64,000 bases of DNA from Octopus vulgaris (Eukaryota), in NCBI GenBank assembly GCA_951406725.2, contig OX597821.1, forward strand, positions 51,150,001-51,214,000. The letters run 5' to 3'. A program made the position numbers and the translations under genes. The notes beneath the pieces are model-generated. The model was given only the letters and a program-made list of their open reading frames with translations. It searched no databases and had not been told where the DNA came from. Positions 1 through 13,020 of this stretch are shown here, in pieces (position 1 is the stretch's first letter; every line of letters begins with the position of its first letter).

Positions 1-129
1 CTATCTATCTATCTATCTATCTATCTCTCAATATATATGTATATATACGCATATATACATATATATACATATGTATGTATGTATATATATATATTTATAT
101 ACACATACAAACATACATACATACATATG

Positions 130-179
<50 letters not shown>

Positions 180-196
180 TACACACATACACACAC
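1..196. repeat. Compound microsatellite (CTAT)n/(TA)n/(TACA)n
   Basis: Directly visible simple repeats. Confidence 0.95.
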
Positions 197-839
197 TTGG
201 GATGAGTACCAACACCTCCATGTGGTACACTGGAACAATTATGAAATTCTCTTCATATGAAACTATTGGTTGCATTGTTAACCCACAAATAATATACACA
301 CCTTCGCACACGTATATAATTTAGTCCGGTAAGTGGGGCTAGAAATCTAGCAATAAGTACCAGTTTGCTATTAACCCACACCCTGCAACTAAAAAATAAA
401 CGGGATAGTAAGGGCAAAAAACAAAACAAAAAACAACAACAACAGCCACAGTCATAACTACGACAACACCGACTGTAAAGCATTCAAACGAGAGTTCAAT
501 CCAGTATTTAATTTCAGCTTACATTTCTATGTCATGACATTTGTAGTTCACTTCGTATACAATTACAGCTAAGATACGAACAAATGACATACAGGTATCT
601 TTATTTTCGCTATTAAAATCTAAACAAGAAAATTCAAAAGATTTTGCAACGATTTACTCGTCTATTCATTAGTTTTATGAATGAGATGTAATAGCATCAG
701 ACACTTTCACAATTCAATGCAACCATGTTAGAAATATAAAGATAAAAAAAGACATCTAAGAGTTATTTGAAGTGAATAAACTTCAAATATAAAGGTGTTT
801 GTGGTGTGCGTATGTCTTAGAAGTGGATGTACTTTGCAA

Positions 840-872
<33 letters not shown>

Positions 873-3800
873 CGTTATATATATTTATATATGTGTGTGC
901 ATATGTGTATATATGCGTACAGAGTAATGTGTACTAACCATGTACACACACACAGACGAGCGCACACAAACAGACACACACACGCTCGTACATAAACACA
1001 CACATACAAACATATATATCTGTGTATATTATAACTAGATAGTTTTATATATATACATATATATATATATATAATTGCACTAAGAGAAATAACTTAGAAT
1101 GGCCTGTGGCGTGCATTTCAACAAGAAAATTACAGGTCTTGTAAAATACCGTACAAGATCATTTCTTGATGTACAGAAATTACAGTCGCTGCGAGAGAAA
1201 GTAAACAAACGCCTATTAGGAATTGAGAACAAGAAAGGGAGATAATCTCAAGCATTAAATTACACATATGCTCAACCACAGACACACACGCACAAATACA
1301 GACACACATGCAAAGGCTTGGAAGAAGAAAATAGTCTATATGTATATACACACATAGTTGTTTGAGATATATAGTTCAGTCAGGTAAAACTATTTTGCCA
1401 GAGGCAAATCCAAACCTAGAGAGAACCAGCTAAACTGAACAGTGTTCAGTAGAAGTCGTCTTTAAAATAATAATGATTGGTTCAAAACGAAAGTGGAATG
1501 AAAAGGGCAATGCACAAAAATAAAATAAAATAGAATGAAATTAAATAAAAAGTATAAAGAAACAGTCAAAGAAGTAAAACGTGAAAGAAAGAATATTAAC
1601 TTTTACGTTCTTGCAAGTTCTGAACCAATTTCTGTCGGCTGTACTTACTTTTTCTTTCTGATATGTTAAGCATTCTCGTTTCATTACATTCATCAAAGTA
1701 TATTATAGAATAATGTTTGCTTGTATGCATGCATAATGTCTGTTAAATGTATTGAAATGCGGATCGTTATGTTGTGGTTCTTGACGTCAATGAAAAGCAG
1801 AGACGGTTGAGCGTTAACTTTAATGATGTTTGGTATTTATCTATATCTCTTTACATTTTGAGTTCAGTTCCAAGTGGAGCTGAGTTTAATTTGAATATGT
1901 TGGATGACAGATGCATTCTACTACTTAGTTTAACGTCACTACATTCTTAACAGGAGCTTCTCGCAGAATCCTTTCTGTAGCAATCCTTTGTACAAACCAT
2001 TCAGTCATCCACTATATATACCATTCCACAATGAACCTCCACAACTCTGCACATCTGTTTTTCAGATTGTTCCAATCCGAATACGCTAGTGAACATTTCA
2101 GATAATGGGGCCTACGCCCTTCTAATAGCTCAGGTACATCTACCAATAAACTGTCCACCAAAACTTTATTTCCTGTGTGTTCTATGTGCATTGCACCCAT
2201 TCTTTCACTCATACTTTCGCTTTCATTCCAGTTGCCTCTCATTGTATACTTCATTCATCAATTCCTCATTAAATATCTTTACTTTGTGTGAATGTCCTGG
2301 GATCCAAGAGGGTGTGAAGTTTCTACATTTCTGTTTGTTCTGGCGAAGAGAGAACATCCCTTTTTCTATTCTTGATACTGTCTCTTAGAGCTGATTTTAC
2401 TTTTGTCTATATTCGTGCCTTTCCCACTTTGCACTGTCCCATGTTCGCATTCCATACTCTCCACATTTTTTTCTTAAAATAACAACATAGCACTACTGGT
2501 TGTGACCGAAGAAAGGGAACTTGATCGATGACTTTTCGAGTTTTCTCATTGTTGCTCCGTGAGGTTCAACTATTACTGTTATGGGATCAGCAGCAATCAT
2601 GTCATGTTATTATCACTGATTATTCTATTGCTGACTACCGCTATTCACTGCTCTCTTTTTCTTCCTTTGAAGGTACACGAATCAGAATATTTCAAGTAGC
2701 TCATATGATCACAAGTGCAGCGGTTTCATTTTCTGCAATACTTGCTTTTACCTCTGCACCTACCATGGGGCATTGCTCTGAATTGTTTTATTATTATTTC
2801 TTTTAATCAGTAGGGAAGTAATTAGGCTCATCTTAAACAGTATTATAATTCTACACGAGAAAGCAAAGCACAGTAATTCATAAATGTATTCCTTGTCCGC
2901 AAGGTACAGCAAACACATTGATTAGTGTTGGGCCTCTAGGTACAAGAGACCTCAGCTGCTAGTGTGTCCTTGTTTTGTGACAGCACTGTATGGAAGTTCC
3001 TACCATCCGCGACCCACAACATATCGTTTTCGTGTCCTCTTTTCGCATAGCATTCCCGTATCATTTACAAAGATAACAAAGAATTATTGAAGTCAGTAAA
3101 AGTGTCAGTGTCTCTTGAGAGTAGCACTTGCCTTGTAGCAGTTCATGTACTGTTGTATAACTGTGCTCGTTACCTTGCCACATCCTTCGTATGATTTGCA
3201 CTGGTTTCTGGATGTACCACACATGCTAGAATTTCCCCTACTGACTCTTTCGAGAGCGCACTGAATGAATAACAACCTGTTTGCTCGCAGGGCAGGTGTA
3301 TATCCCATACCACTTGACCAATCCTGAGATCAGTTCAACAGGCAAACAGACATAGCGTTTTGTGTCAAGTCATTCTTATGTTCCTTCTCTATTTGACAAG
3401 ATTTCATCTAAATCACAAAAGGTTCGTTGACTATTAACATTTGCAATCGGCATATGTGTTTGTGCATGTGCGTGTGTGTGTATATATGTGCGTGTGTTTG
3501 TGTGTGTGTGTGAGTGAGAGGGGGGAGAGGGAAACGGAAACAGAGACTGAAACGGAAAGTGAGAAAGTGATCTTTTGACTGTTGTTTTACTCTTTAGCTC
3601 CCAATGGTTAAATCTCCAACAGTTTCTGCTACAAAGTCATTATTTCTTTCTCTTCCATATCTATGTGACAGCTGGGTGTCATTAAGCCGAGGGAGTTAAA
3701 ATTACCTCACTCTTCCACAACCAATTGTACTGGAAAAGGAGTGTTAACATAGACTCGTGCATCTCATTGTAATATTTTAACTTATTCTATAGTTTGGATG

Positions 3801-4330
3801 CTTAGGTCCAGCAAGTAGATTAGCGTTCGAATATGAATATCTGTTTTCCTGCATGAATGATGACGAAATATTCACGCCACAATCTTTGCCATATCAATAA
3901 TGGCAGGTCGTATTCTACTGTATCAAATATGACCATGGAATAACATTGTATCAGGTGAGCCGAGCTCATTGCATTTGTAGTTTTCTGATTTCTCCATTTA
4001 TTGCTGAAGTATATAATCAATAAATACTCAGAGAAGAATACACCGTGTAAAAAGACAGTATCATTGCATAGAAACTGCATATTAAATCTATATTATTGCA
4101 TAGAAACTATGCATAAAAATTATACTATTGCACAGGAACGTAAGGAAAATATTATTATTACATAGGAAGTGTATATAGAGACAACCGAATTGCATTGCAT
4201 TAAAAATAAAATCTGAAATGAAATATTGGGTAAAAAGAAGAACGTAGCGGTATATTTAAGATTAACAAAAACTCAATGATACAGAAATACGAAAGAGAGA
4301 AACTATATATAATAAAATATGATAATATAA

Positions 4331-4372
<42 letters not shown>

Positions 4373-4432
4373 GTGTGTGTACATATATATATACATATAC
4401 ATATACACAAGTAAACACACACACACACACAC

Positions 4433-4467
<35 letters not shown>

Positions 4468-5048
4468 TGTATGTATGTATGTATGCATGCATGTACATAT
4501 GTATGTTATTCGAAATAATGAGCATTGCAGAATTATGGAACAATTGCAACTAAAAGATAATGAAGCAAACATGCGTTAAGATATGCTAATATAATGATCT
4601 AAGGAAATCATTTTCGGTCGAAATATTTTACTTATAGTAACGTTGCGGTTATTATATCAGGAAAGCTAATTAAAGATATCCATACTTACACAAAATTTTA
4701 GTGTTGGGCACCCATAGTGACCAATTAAATAGAAACTGGAAATACGTAGTAGCGCACTTGATACCATACATAGCATGTTTTAATATAATGAAATATTCAT
4801 CTACGTTGAAAAAAGAAAACGACACATATACTTAGCTATACTTGTTTTGCACATATACTTGGCTCCAGCTCTCTTTATCAGCGTTCAAACGGCTAGCGGT
4901 AGTTGCTAGCGACTATCAAAGAAAAAATGGAAGATACTTTGAAGCAGTTAATAAGTAATTGATGTAGTTAATTTACATGCTTATACAATTTGTGTATTAA
5001 TAGTTGATAAGACATGTAATTGAAGATGATAAGGTCTGTAATAGTAGA

Positions 5049-5463
5049 GGCGGCGAGCTGGCAGAAATGTTAGCACGTCGGGCAAAATGTTTAGCAACGT
5101 TTCGTCTGTCATTACGTTCTGAGTTCAAATTCCGCCGAGGTCGACTTTGCCTTTCATCCTTTCGGGGTCGATAACTTAAGTACCGGTTACGCACTGGGGT
5201 CGATATAATCGACTTAATCCGTTTGTCTGTCCTTGTTTGTCCTCTCTGTGTTTAGCCCCTTGTGGGTAGTAAAGAAATAGGTATTTCGTCTGCCGTTACG
5301 TTCTGAGTTCAAATTCCGCCGAGGTCGACTTTGCCTTTCATCCTTTCGGGGTTAATAAATTAAGTACTAGTTACGCACTGGGGTCGATATAATCGACTTA
5401 ATCCGTTTGTCTGTCCTTGTTTGACCCCTCTATGCTTAGCCCCTTGTGGGCAATCAAGAAATA
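5049..5463 (+). mobile_element. tRNA-derived SINE (family A), dimeric insertion with 18-bp TSD
   Basis: Head GGCGGCGAGCTGGCAGAA (A-box-like), GAGTTCAAATTCC (B-box), core GCCTTTCATCCTTTCGGGGTCGATAA; second unit starts at GGTATTTCGTCTG (~5280); TSD AAGGTCTGTAATAGTAGA at 5031-5048 and 5464-5481. Confidence 0.92.
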
Positions 5464-5643
5464 AAGGTCTGTAATAGTAGATGGTAATCTGTGTCATAGA
5501 AACTGGAAAATTTGCCATAGAATATGATAGATATCGAATGATAATATGTGCAATAGCGGCTGGAAGGTATGCAAAAGACGATGTTAGATGTAATTATTTT
5601 GTTACGTTATTTTATCAAATTTTATTTTATCAAATTTATACCA

Positions 5644-5686
5644 AACTAGCACTATGACCCGGCAACGCCGGGTCATAATCCTAGTT
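5644..5686. mobile_element. Helitron-like terminus (GC-rich hairpin followed by CTAG)
   Basis: AACTAG-cac-TATGACCCGGC-aac-GCCGGGTCATA-atc-CTAGTT; a hairpin just upstream of CTAG|T is the Helitron 3' signature. Confidence 0.55.
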
Positions 5687-5779
5687 ATCTATAATTGTAG
5701 AAACTTACTGCCGACAAAGGTTACGTGTCGTTCAATGAATAAATAAATGAAGAAATAAATGAAAAAATACATATATATA

Positions 5780-5947
5780 TGTGTGTGTATTTATAACTAA
5801 TTACCTTACAACTGGTGTTGGTTGGTTTACCTCCCCGTAAGCAACCGATACTCTAAGTGCTGGGAGTCGATTCTTCAACTAAAACCCTTCAAGGCTGTGC
5901 CCCAACACGGCCGCCGTCCAATTACTTAAACACACAAAAACAAAAGA
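5780..5947 (+). mobile_element. SINE family B, degenerate 3' fragment
   Basis: GGCTGTGCCCCAACACGGCCGCCGTCC...AAACAC resembles the family B tail GGCGGTGCTCCAGCATGGCCGCAGTC...GAAACAAG. Confidence 0.6.
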
Positions 5948-6493
5948 TATACACACGCATATATATTTACATGCATATATCTTTATATGACTTCATTAAA
6001 CCGCACATATATGCATATGCAATAAAATTCTTTCTCTATACTGACTACAACAGATATGTTCTTAAATATGTTACCACGTTGCAATCATTTTAATTACTGC
6101 CAAACTTAATACTGATGTTGAATAACAATTTGCTATTCTTAATAGCAACGAAATATTTAATACTGAGCATAGCAGTAACTTACAATCGGTAAGGTCAGAT
6201 AGCACGAGATTTGCTCCGCAGCAGCACTAAACATACATGATTTAATATTTAATATGCAATTCTCTGTACTCTACATTTTAATAGCTTTAGTTTAATAATC
6301 TGATCGTTGTTAATTCTCATAACCTGGGAATTCGTATTTAATCACCTTTTGCCAGGCTTAAATATTTTAACTTAATCCAAGTTTTATATTCACGTAATTT
6401 AACCTATCAATCCAACCATCAAATAAACAAATCGTAGATATGCAATAGAATTTGGTGAGATGTTGAGTTGGAATAGGTATATACAGAATAAAA

Positions 6494-7298
6494 GGCGGCG
6501 GGCTGGCAGGAACGTTAGCACGCCGGGCGAAATGCTTAGCAGTATTTCGTCTGCCGTTACGTTCTGAGTTCAAATTCCGCCGAGGTCAACTTTGCCTTTC
6601 ATCCTTTCGGGCTCGATAAATTAAGTACCAGTTACGCACTGGGGTCGATATAATCGGCTTAATCCGTTTGTCTGTCCTCGTTTGTCCTCTCTGTGTTTAG
6701 CCCCTTATGGGCAGTAAAGAAATAGGTATTTCGTCTGTCTTTAAGCTCTAAATCCAAATTCCGCCGAGGTCGACTTTGCCTTTCATTCTTGCGGGGTTGA
6801 TAAATTAAGTACCAGTTGTGTACTAGGGCCGATCTAATCGACTGTCTCTCTTCCCCCAAAGTTCGGGTTTCGTGCCTAGAATAGAGAAGAATTTTAAGGC
6901 AGCGAACTGGTAGAAACGTTAGCAAGCCGGGCGAAATGCTTAGCGGTATTTCGTCTGCCGCTACGTTCTGAGTTCAAATTCCGCCGAGGTCGACTTTGCC
7001 TTTCATCCTTTCGAGGTCGATTAAATAAGTACCAGTTACGCACTGGGCTCGATATCATCGAATTAATCTGTTTCTCTGTCTTTGTTTGTCCTCTCTGTGT
7101 TTAGCCCCTCGTGGGTAGTAAAAAAATAGGCATTTCTTCTGCCGCTACGTTCTGCGTTCAAATTCCGCCGAGGTCGACTTTGCCTTTCATTCTTGCAGGG
7201 TCGATAAATTAAGTACCAGATGCGTACTGTGGTCAGTCTAATCGACTGGCCCCCTCCTCCAAAATTTTGGGCCTTCTGCACAGAGTAAAAAAGGATAT
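6494..7298 (+). mobile_element. SINE family A tandem array: two composite [head-core-tail1][core-tail2] blocks
   Basis: Four copies of the core AAATTCCGCCGAGGTC(G/A)ACTTTGCCTTTCAT; heads at ~6494 and ~6898; two alternating 3' tails. Confidence 0.92.
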
Positions 7299-8587
7299 GT
7301 ATCTATCTGCGCATGCGTCTGCGTGTGTATCTCTGTGTGTGTGTTTTTTTGTGAATGTGTGTGCGTGAGAGGGAGAGAGAGATGGGTGAGAGAGTGTGTA
7401 TATGTATATGCATACAGATTACATGGTATTTCGGAGGAATGAAAATACGACACTTTACTCTTGTTCTGTTATGTGTGTACTGGTATGTTTAAGTGCCTGT
7501 GCCCATGTGTGTATACGTGTAAATGTTCTATGTGAGTGTGTGTGCCCGCTTTGTTTGCTTGGTTATCTCTTTGTAACCAACCCCTGTGTATGTGACAGGA
7601 CAATGTGGGTGCTTTGTATCTGTGTCTGTATGTGATTTCTACAAAGAAAGACATTTAGTCCCACAAGAACATTGTCACCTTGGTATAAAAGCTTTACAAT
7701 AGGAGCGATAAAATGACGTGCCTAACTTAACTTGCGATGAAAAACAGGAGTGTATATTAGGCTAAATTTTTGTTTGATAGACTCAGCACACCACCTTCTT
7801 TTGCACATATACTTGGCTCCGGCTCACTTCGTCAGCGTTTAATCTACTGCAAGCCTTAACACCGATTTGCCTCGTTCGTCTCTATCGATATTCCTTCTGT
7901 AGATATGTAGTCAGTGCATCTTCTGCATTAATCCCTGCACACTGTGAGTCACAGTGAACGCTATTGCCGTTTTTAAGCTTCTTTAATTTGTAATAACATT
8001 TACTGACAAACTAGTAGTTATTGACCGTGCTAAAATAGCAACGACGTATCCTCCAAATAACATCCTGACTTCTATAAAATACAGTTGTTTATAAGGTAAA
8101 GATGCGTGATTGTTACAGTTAGGAGTCTTTTCATTATATGATCTGTGATTATATAACATACCAACAGCAACAACAGCGTATAGTGAAGTAATGATAAGGA
8201 ATTTAGTGCTGACGCCATTCGTAGGTAGCATCTGCTGATTTGGAGATAATAATTCATTAATTTATATGTTTCAAACTAAATTTTCTGGTGTTCTATTACA
8301 AAAGTGATTACAAGGAATTTGTTAAGCACAGCAATTAGAAAATTAACTAAAGATTTTCTTTAATCTGAAACAGAATAAAAAATGAAAATCGAAGATCGTG
8401 TAAAGAATAACATCAGCTGAAATACCAAATATTTCACAAGCTCAGAATATACAAAACTTTAAATTAATTGTAACCTGATTTTATCAGTAAATATTTAATG
8501 GAACTTCGAATAAATTCGTCTGATTCCTATACTTGCACAATCTCTTCTATATATTTTGCTTTAAATAAAATGAAAATGAAACAATAC

Positions 8588-8780
8588 AGGTTTCAAATCT
8601 TGGCACAAGGTTAGGAATTTTAGAGAGTGGAGATACGTCGAGTACATCGACTCTCATGATCAACTGGTACTTTTTTTATGGAACCTGGAGGGATGACAGG
8701 TTAAGTTGAATGCGGCGGAATTTGACTCAGAATGTAACGAATCAGGAGAAATACCATTATCTATTTTGTACGGCACTCTA
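8588..8780 (-). mobile_element. SINE family A, degenerate
   Basis: Reverse-complement similarity (AACTGGTACT...GGCGGAATTTGACTCAGAATGTAACG...AAATACC). Confidence 0.65.
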
Positions 8781-8889
8781 AGAAAAAAAAAAAAAAAAGA
8801 ACATTTAACTTTTCCTATCCAAACGGATTTTTTTCTTTTTATTTTAACTAAATAATTATACGCTGTTATATTGTTATAGCTTTAGTTAA

Positions 8890-9095
8890 AGCAGTGAGCT
8901 GGCTGAAGCGTTGTCGTGCCGGACGAAAAAAGTTCAGCAGCAGCAGTTCTCCCGGCACTTAACATTGTAAGTTCAAATTCCACCGAGGTCGACCGTGCCG
9001 TTCATCCTTTCTGGGCCGATAAATTAAATACCAGTTAAGCACTGGGATCGACTAGTCCTCACTCACCAAAACTATTAGGCCTTTAGTAGAAAATT
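8890..9095 (+). mobile_element. SINE family A variant with TSD
   Basis: GCAGTGAGCTGGCTGAA...GTTCAAATTCCACCGAGGTCGAC...; direct repeat TTATAGCTTTAG at 8874-8885 and 9096-9107. Confidence 0.8.
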
Positions 9096-9729
9096 TTATA
9101 GCTTTAGCTATGTAGACTTCCTCTGCTAACAAAACAAAATATTTCACCTTTTTTAAAACGTCATTTTACCTACTAGATATAGAAGCTAAATTTCTGTCCA
9201 ATAACAACTTACGGTCAGGCTGAATAATATGAATCGGCGTACAGTATTCCTAAAGAAAAAAGATAAAACTTTAACTCCGCACCCTTCATTATTTTCTTGA
9301 AGACTCTGCCAGAAAATTTCTCCTTTCTTTATCACTTCTCACTGCCTGTTCTTTTCAACATTCAAAAGAAAAGAAAAAAGAAAAAAAAACCAAAGAAACC
9401 ATGCAGATTATGTTATGTAATTGTCTTAAAGATATATTGTTGTTGTTTAGGAATAGGTCATCCCTAATAGAGCTGACGTATGATCAGAGGGATTCCAGTC
9501 GTGTTCATCTCCCCTTCAATTTAAATAAAGGATTATACAACACGATATTGTATAATTTTTTCTTTTGTTTTTGAAAGACAGTTATACGTGATGGGAGTGA
9601 GATTTCACTGTTATTTGTATCAGGCCATGCATACATTTACTGTCTCACACTTAGTCTGAGTAATGTGAAGATAGTATGATGTCGGTGATAATATTGGCGA
9701 GGAAAATGTTAATGGTTACTGTTACTTAA

Positions 9730-9920
9730 GGCAGTGGGCTGGCTGAATCGTGACCGTGCCGGACGAAAAATGCAGCAGTTCTTCCGGCACTTAACATTGT
9801 GAGTTCAAATTTCACCGAGGTCGACTGTGCCGTTCATCCTTTCTGAGCCGATAAATTAAGTACCAGTTAAGCACTGGGATCAACTAGTCCTCGCCCGCCA
9901 TAATTCTTCAGATTTGTGTG
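9730..9920 (+). mobile_element. SINE family A variant, close relative of 8890-9095
   Basis: Shares diagnostic variants (CCGGCACTTAACATTGT, GTGCCGTTCATCCTTTCTG, ACTAGTCCTC). Confidence 0.8.
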
Positions 9921-10074
9921 TGGAATGTATTTTTATTTACATCAATCTCACTTCGTTATTTATTCATTTATTCAATTAATTTATTCAATTAATTCCGAAA
10001 GAATGAATTGCAAAGTAACCTTGCTGGAATTTGAACTCGGGACATAGTCAGGCGTGACTAAATACCGCAAAGCA

Positions 10075-10380
10075 GAGGCATGTGGCCTAGTGGTTAGAGC
10101 AGCGGGCTCGCAGTCGAGGGATCACGGGTTCGAATCGCAAACCGGGCGATGTGTGTGTTTATGATCGGAAAACCTAAGCTCCACGCAGCTCCGGCAGAAG
10201 GTAATGGCGAACTTCTGCTGACTCATTCACCGCAACTTCATCTCACTCTCTCCTGCTGCATCTAGCAACTCACCTGAGACGGACAGCCGTCCCGTCCAGA
10301 TGGGGAACCTAAACGCCAATGAAACCAGGAAACTGGCCCTTATGAGCCATGCATGACTCGAGAAGGAACTAACAACAAAA
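10075..10380 (+). mobile_element. tRNA-derived SINE family C
   Basis: TGGCCTAGTGGTTAGAGC (A-box), GGTTCGAATC (B-box), tail CGTCCCGTCCAG...GGCCCTTATGAGCC...CGAGAAGGAAC; lies next to a minus-strand family A fragment (~9995-10072). Confidence 0.9.
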
Positions 10381-10434
10381 AATAACTAATAGTAGCACAT
10401 AAAGTCATATATTGTGTTTATTAAATTATATATA

Positions 10435-10465
<31 letters not shown>

Positions 10466-12271
10466 AGCTTTGATTACAAGAAATCAATAACGGATCGAGA
10501 GATATCAAAATGAGCCACAATCCAAATCGGCTGGAGAGCATGATGCAAAACAAACAGTTAAGTAATCTATTATCATTGTAGGGAGTGATAATGATGCTTC
10601 TAGAGTAATAGACGAGCAGTTCACTATTGTTAGGTAATCTACAACGCCAATAGTATAACAAGGTATCCAACGATGAATGGAATCTTAAGGGGGCGTGGAA
10701 ACGTAACAAAAGCAGACAAATAGGTTGTGTGGTATTGCTACATAAGTTTCGTTAAGAGTTTTTGTTTTGCGACGTAAGCATAGTACAGTCAGGTACTCAG
10801 TATCTTCAACATCCAAAATATTACATAATAGGTTACATAACTCACATCTCATCAAGCTAAACAAAATAAACAAGCGAATAATGACATGTTCTTTAATCCA
10901 CTGTTCATCAACAAGGGAAATTTCTAATCAAAATCTTAGAATAATTCTGATTGTCATTGCGTTACTTAGCCTGTCGGTAACGCTTTCATGTGATTAGCGA
11001 AAAAGTGGGAAGCAGAAAAGATGGAGAGAGAAAACGGAAGGAGAGAAAAGCATCCATGATATGAGGTAGAAAGAATGTAATTGTAACTCTTTCACGTGAT
11101 TAGTTGAAGGGAAATAGAGGAGAAAGAAAAAGAGGATACAGCAAAGAGGGAGACAGAAAGAGGGAGAAAGAAAAGAGAGAGATAGAAAACGTAAAGACAT
11201 AAGAGAGAGAGAGAAGCGCTCATAACATGAGGTAGGAAGCACGTAATAATTTTAACAGAGAGGTGATGTTCTGATGGTGAAGTTAAAGAAAGGTAGAGAG
11301 AATGAGAGGTGAGAGAGAGAGGGGAGGGAGAGAAAAAGGAGAGAGTGAGAGAGGTGGAGAGCGGGATGATGATGGTGGTAGTGGTGGTGGAGATGCATTG
11401 GTGTTGGTGGTGGAGGTGATTGTGGTGTAGGTGGAGATGGTGACTGGATAGTGAAAAGTGTATTTATTTTTATTTGAAGTAATCTTTTTATATCACCTAT
11501 CACCTAACGCTTGGGCATAAGTGCATTTCCATGAAATATTCACTCTTATTCACGTGGCAGTTATGTGCACATTAACTAAAGGTTGTATCATATGAACGGG
11601 ATATTTTTATCTTTATGGCAAAAAAGGAAAATAAGCGTGCATATTGATGTTATGAGTATTTTATGAGTGTTTCATATGTATTAAGTCTATAAAATTTTGC
11701 ATGAAATATATAAAGTGTATATATAAAATGCATTAAGTATTCATCATATTCCAATTTCTCTCATTTTTCAATGAGTAGCAGATGATCGACTATCTTTCCA
11801 TATAGACACAACGAAGGCTACTCTTTCAGGTTTTCTGGATAAAGTTTTCAGAAGTAATCCAATAGATTTACCATTAATTCTGTGAAATATTCACGGGTCC
11901 CTCTAGTTACCAATATTTAAGAAATCTAACGTGGGTGGATTTCATAATGAGATTGTAAACCGAAGAACATTTAAAGGCATTTCTACTCCCAAGATTTCAT
12001 TAAACTTAGGAACTTACATCATAAAGTTTGGAATGCCAGATCATCCTTCTATACGGGTGCATAGCAGGTGCTAAGCATAACGTTTGACACAATGAAAACA
12101 TATATTAAGGGACAGCTGCCGATGCTGCTCATGAAGACCATTTACAGTGTTATATTCCTTTAAAGTTAACTACATTCAGGAGTGGGGTGTCATATAAATT
12201 CTAAAGTTATTTATTCGTTCTCTTAATTAGTTCTAATGAAAATGCAGCGATTAATTATTAGAGAACTAATT

Positions 12272-12633
12272 CTTTTATTGTTTTATTCTTTTAATTGTTT
12301 CAATCATTTGACTGCAGCCATGCTGGAGCCCCACCTTGAAAGGTTTTGGTCGAACAAATGGAGCCCAGGACTTATTTCTTAAGCCTAGTACTTAATCTAT
12401 CGGGCTCTATTTTCGCCCCGCTAAATTACGGGGGACGTAAACATACCAACACGGGTTGACACACACACACGATTGACTTCTTTCAGTTTCCGTCTAGCAA
12501 ATCCACTCACAAGGATTTGGTCGGCCCGAGGCTATAGTAGGAGACCATTGCCCAAGGTGCCGCACAGTGGGACTGAACCCGGAACTCTTTAGTTGAGAAG
12601 TAAGCTTCTTGCCACACAGTCGTACTTGTGCCT
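12272..12633 (-). mobile_element. tRNA-derived SINE family B
   Basis: Reverse complement of the family seen at 34748 and 39717. Confidence 0.85.
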
Positions 12634-12712
12634 TTAATGAATGGTGGTCAAAGTAATCGAACTTCGGAGGGGATAACTTAAATAAAATACAGACGAGTAA
12701 AGTTCTCGGCGT

Positions 12713-13020
12713 GGAGGCACATGGCTTTGTGGTTAGAGCAGCGGACAAGCGGTCGAGGGATCACGGGTTCGAATCTCAGGCCGGGCGATGTGTGTGTGTT
12801 TATGAGCGAAACACCTAAGCTCCACGCGGCTCTGGCAGAAGGTAATAGCGAACTTCTGCTGACTCTTTCGCCACAACTTTCTCTCACTCTTTCCTCCTGC
12901 ATCTTGCCGCTCACCTGTGCCGGTCGGCGTCCCGTCCAGGTGAGGAAACTATACGCCAAGGAAACCGGGAAACCGGCCCTAATGAGCCAGGTATGGCTTG
13001 AGAAGGAACAAGAGAAAGAA
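12713..13020 (+). mobile_element. tRNA-derived SINE family C
   Basis: Colinear with 10075-10380; A/B boxes present; imperfect flanking repeat AAGTTCTC. Confidence 0.9.

Noticed and set aside
1950-3420. Possible decayed LINE or coding remnant on the minus strand
   Set aside because: Only weak motif traces (GRRP...W...R...WR), too degenerate to call
4843-4886. ~45-bp match to 7798-7841 (TTTTGCACATATACTTGGCTCC.GCTC.CTT..TCAGCGTT)
   Set aside because: Probably a fragment of an unidentified interspersed repeat; too short to interpret
5049-7298. CRISPR-like repeat array
   Set aside because: Units are ~185-200-bp SINE bodies without unique spacers, in a eukaryotic context with no cas genes
10075-10150. 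tRNA genes at SINE heads (also 12713, 42956, 46818)
   Set aside because: A/B boxes are present but the sequences run directly into SINE bodies, with no convincing cloverleaf or terminator
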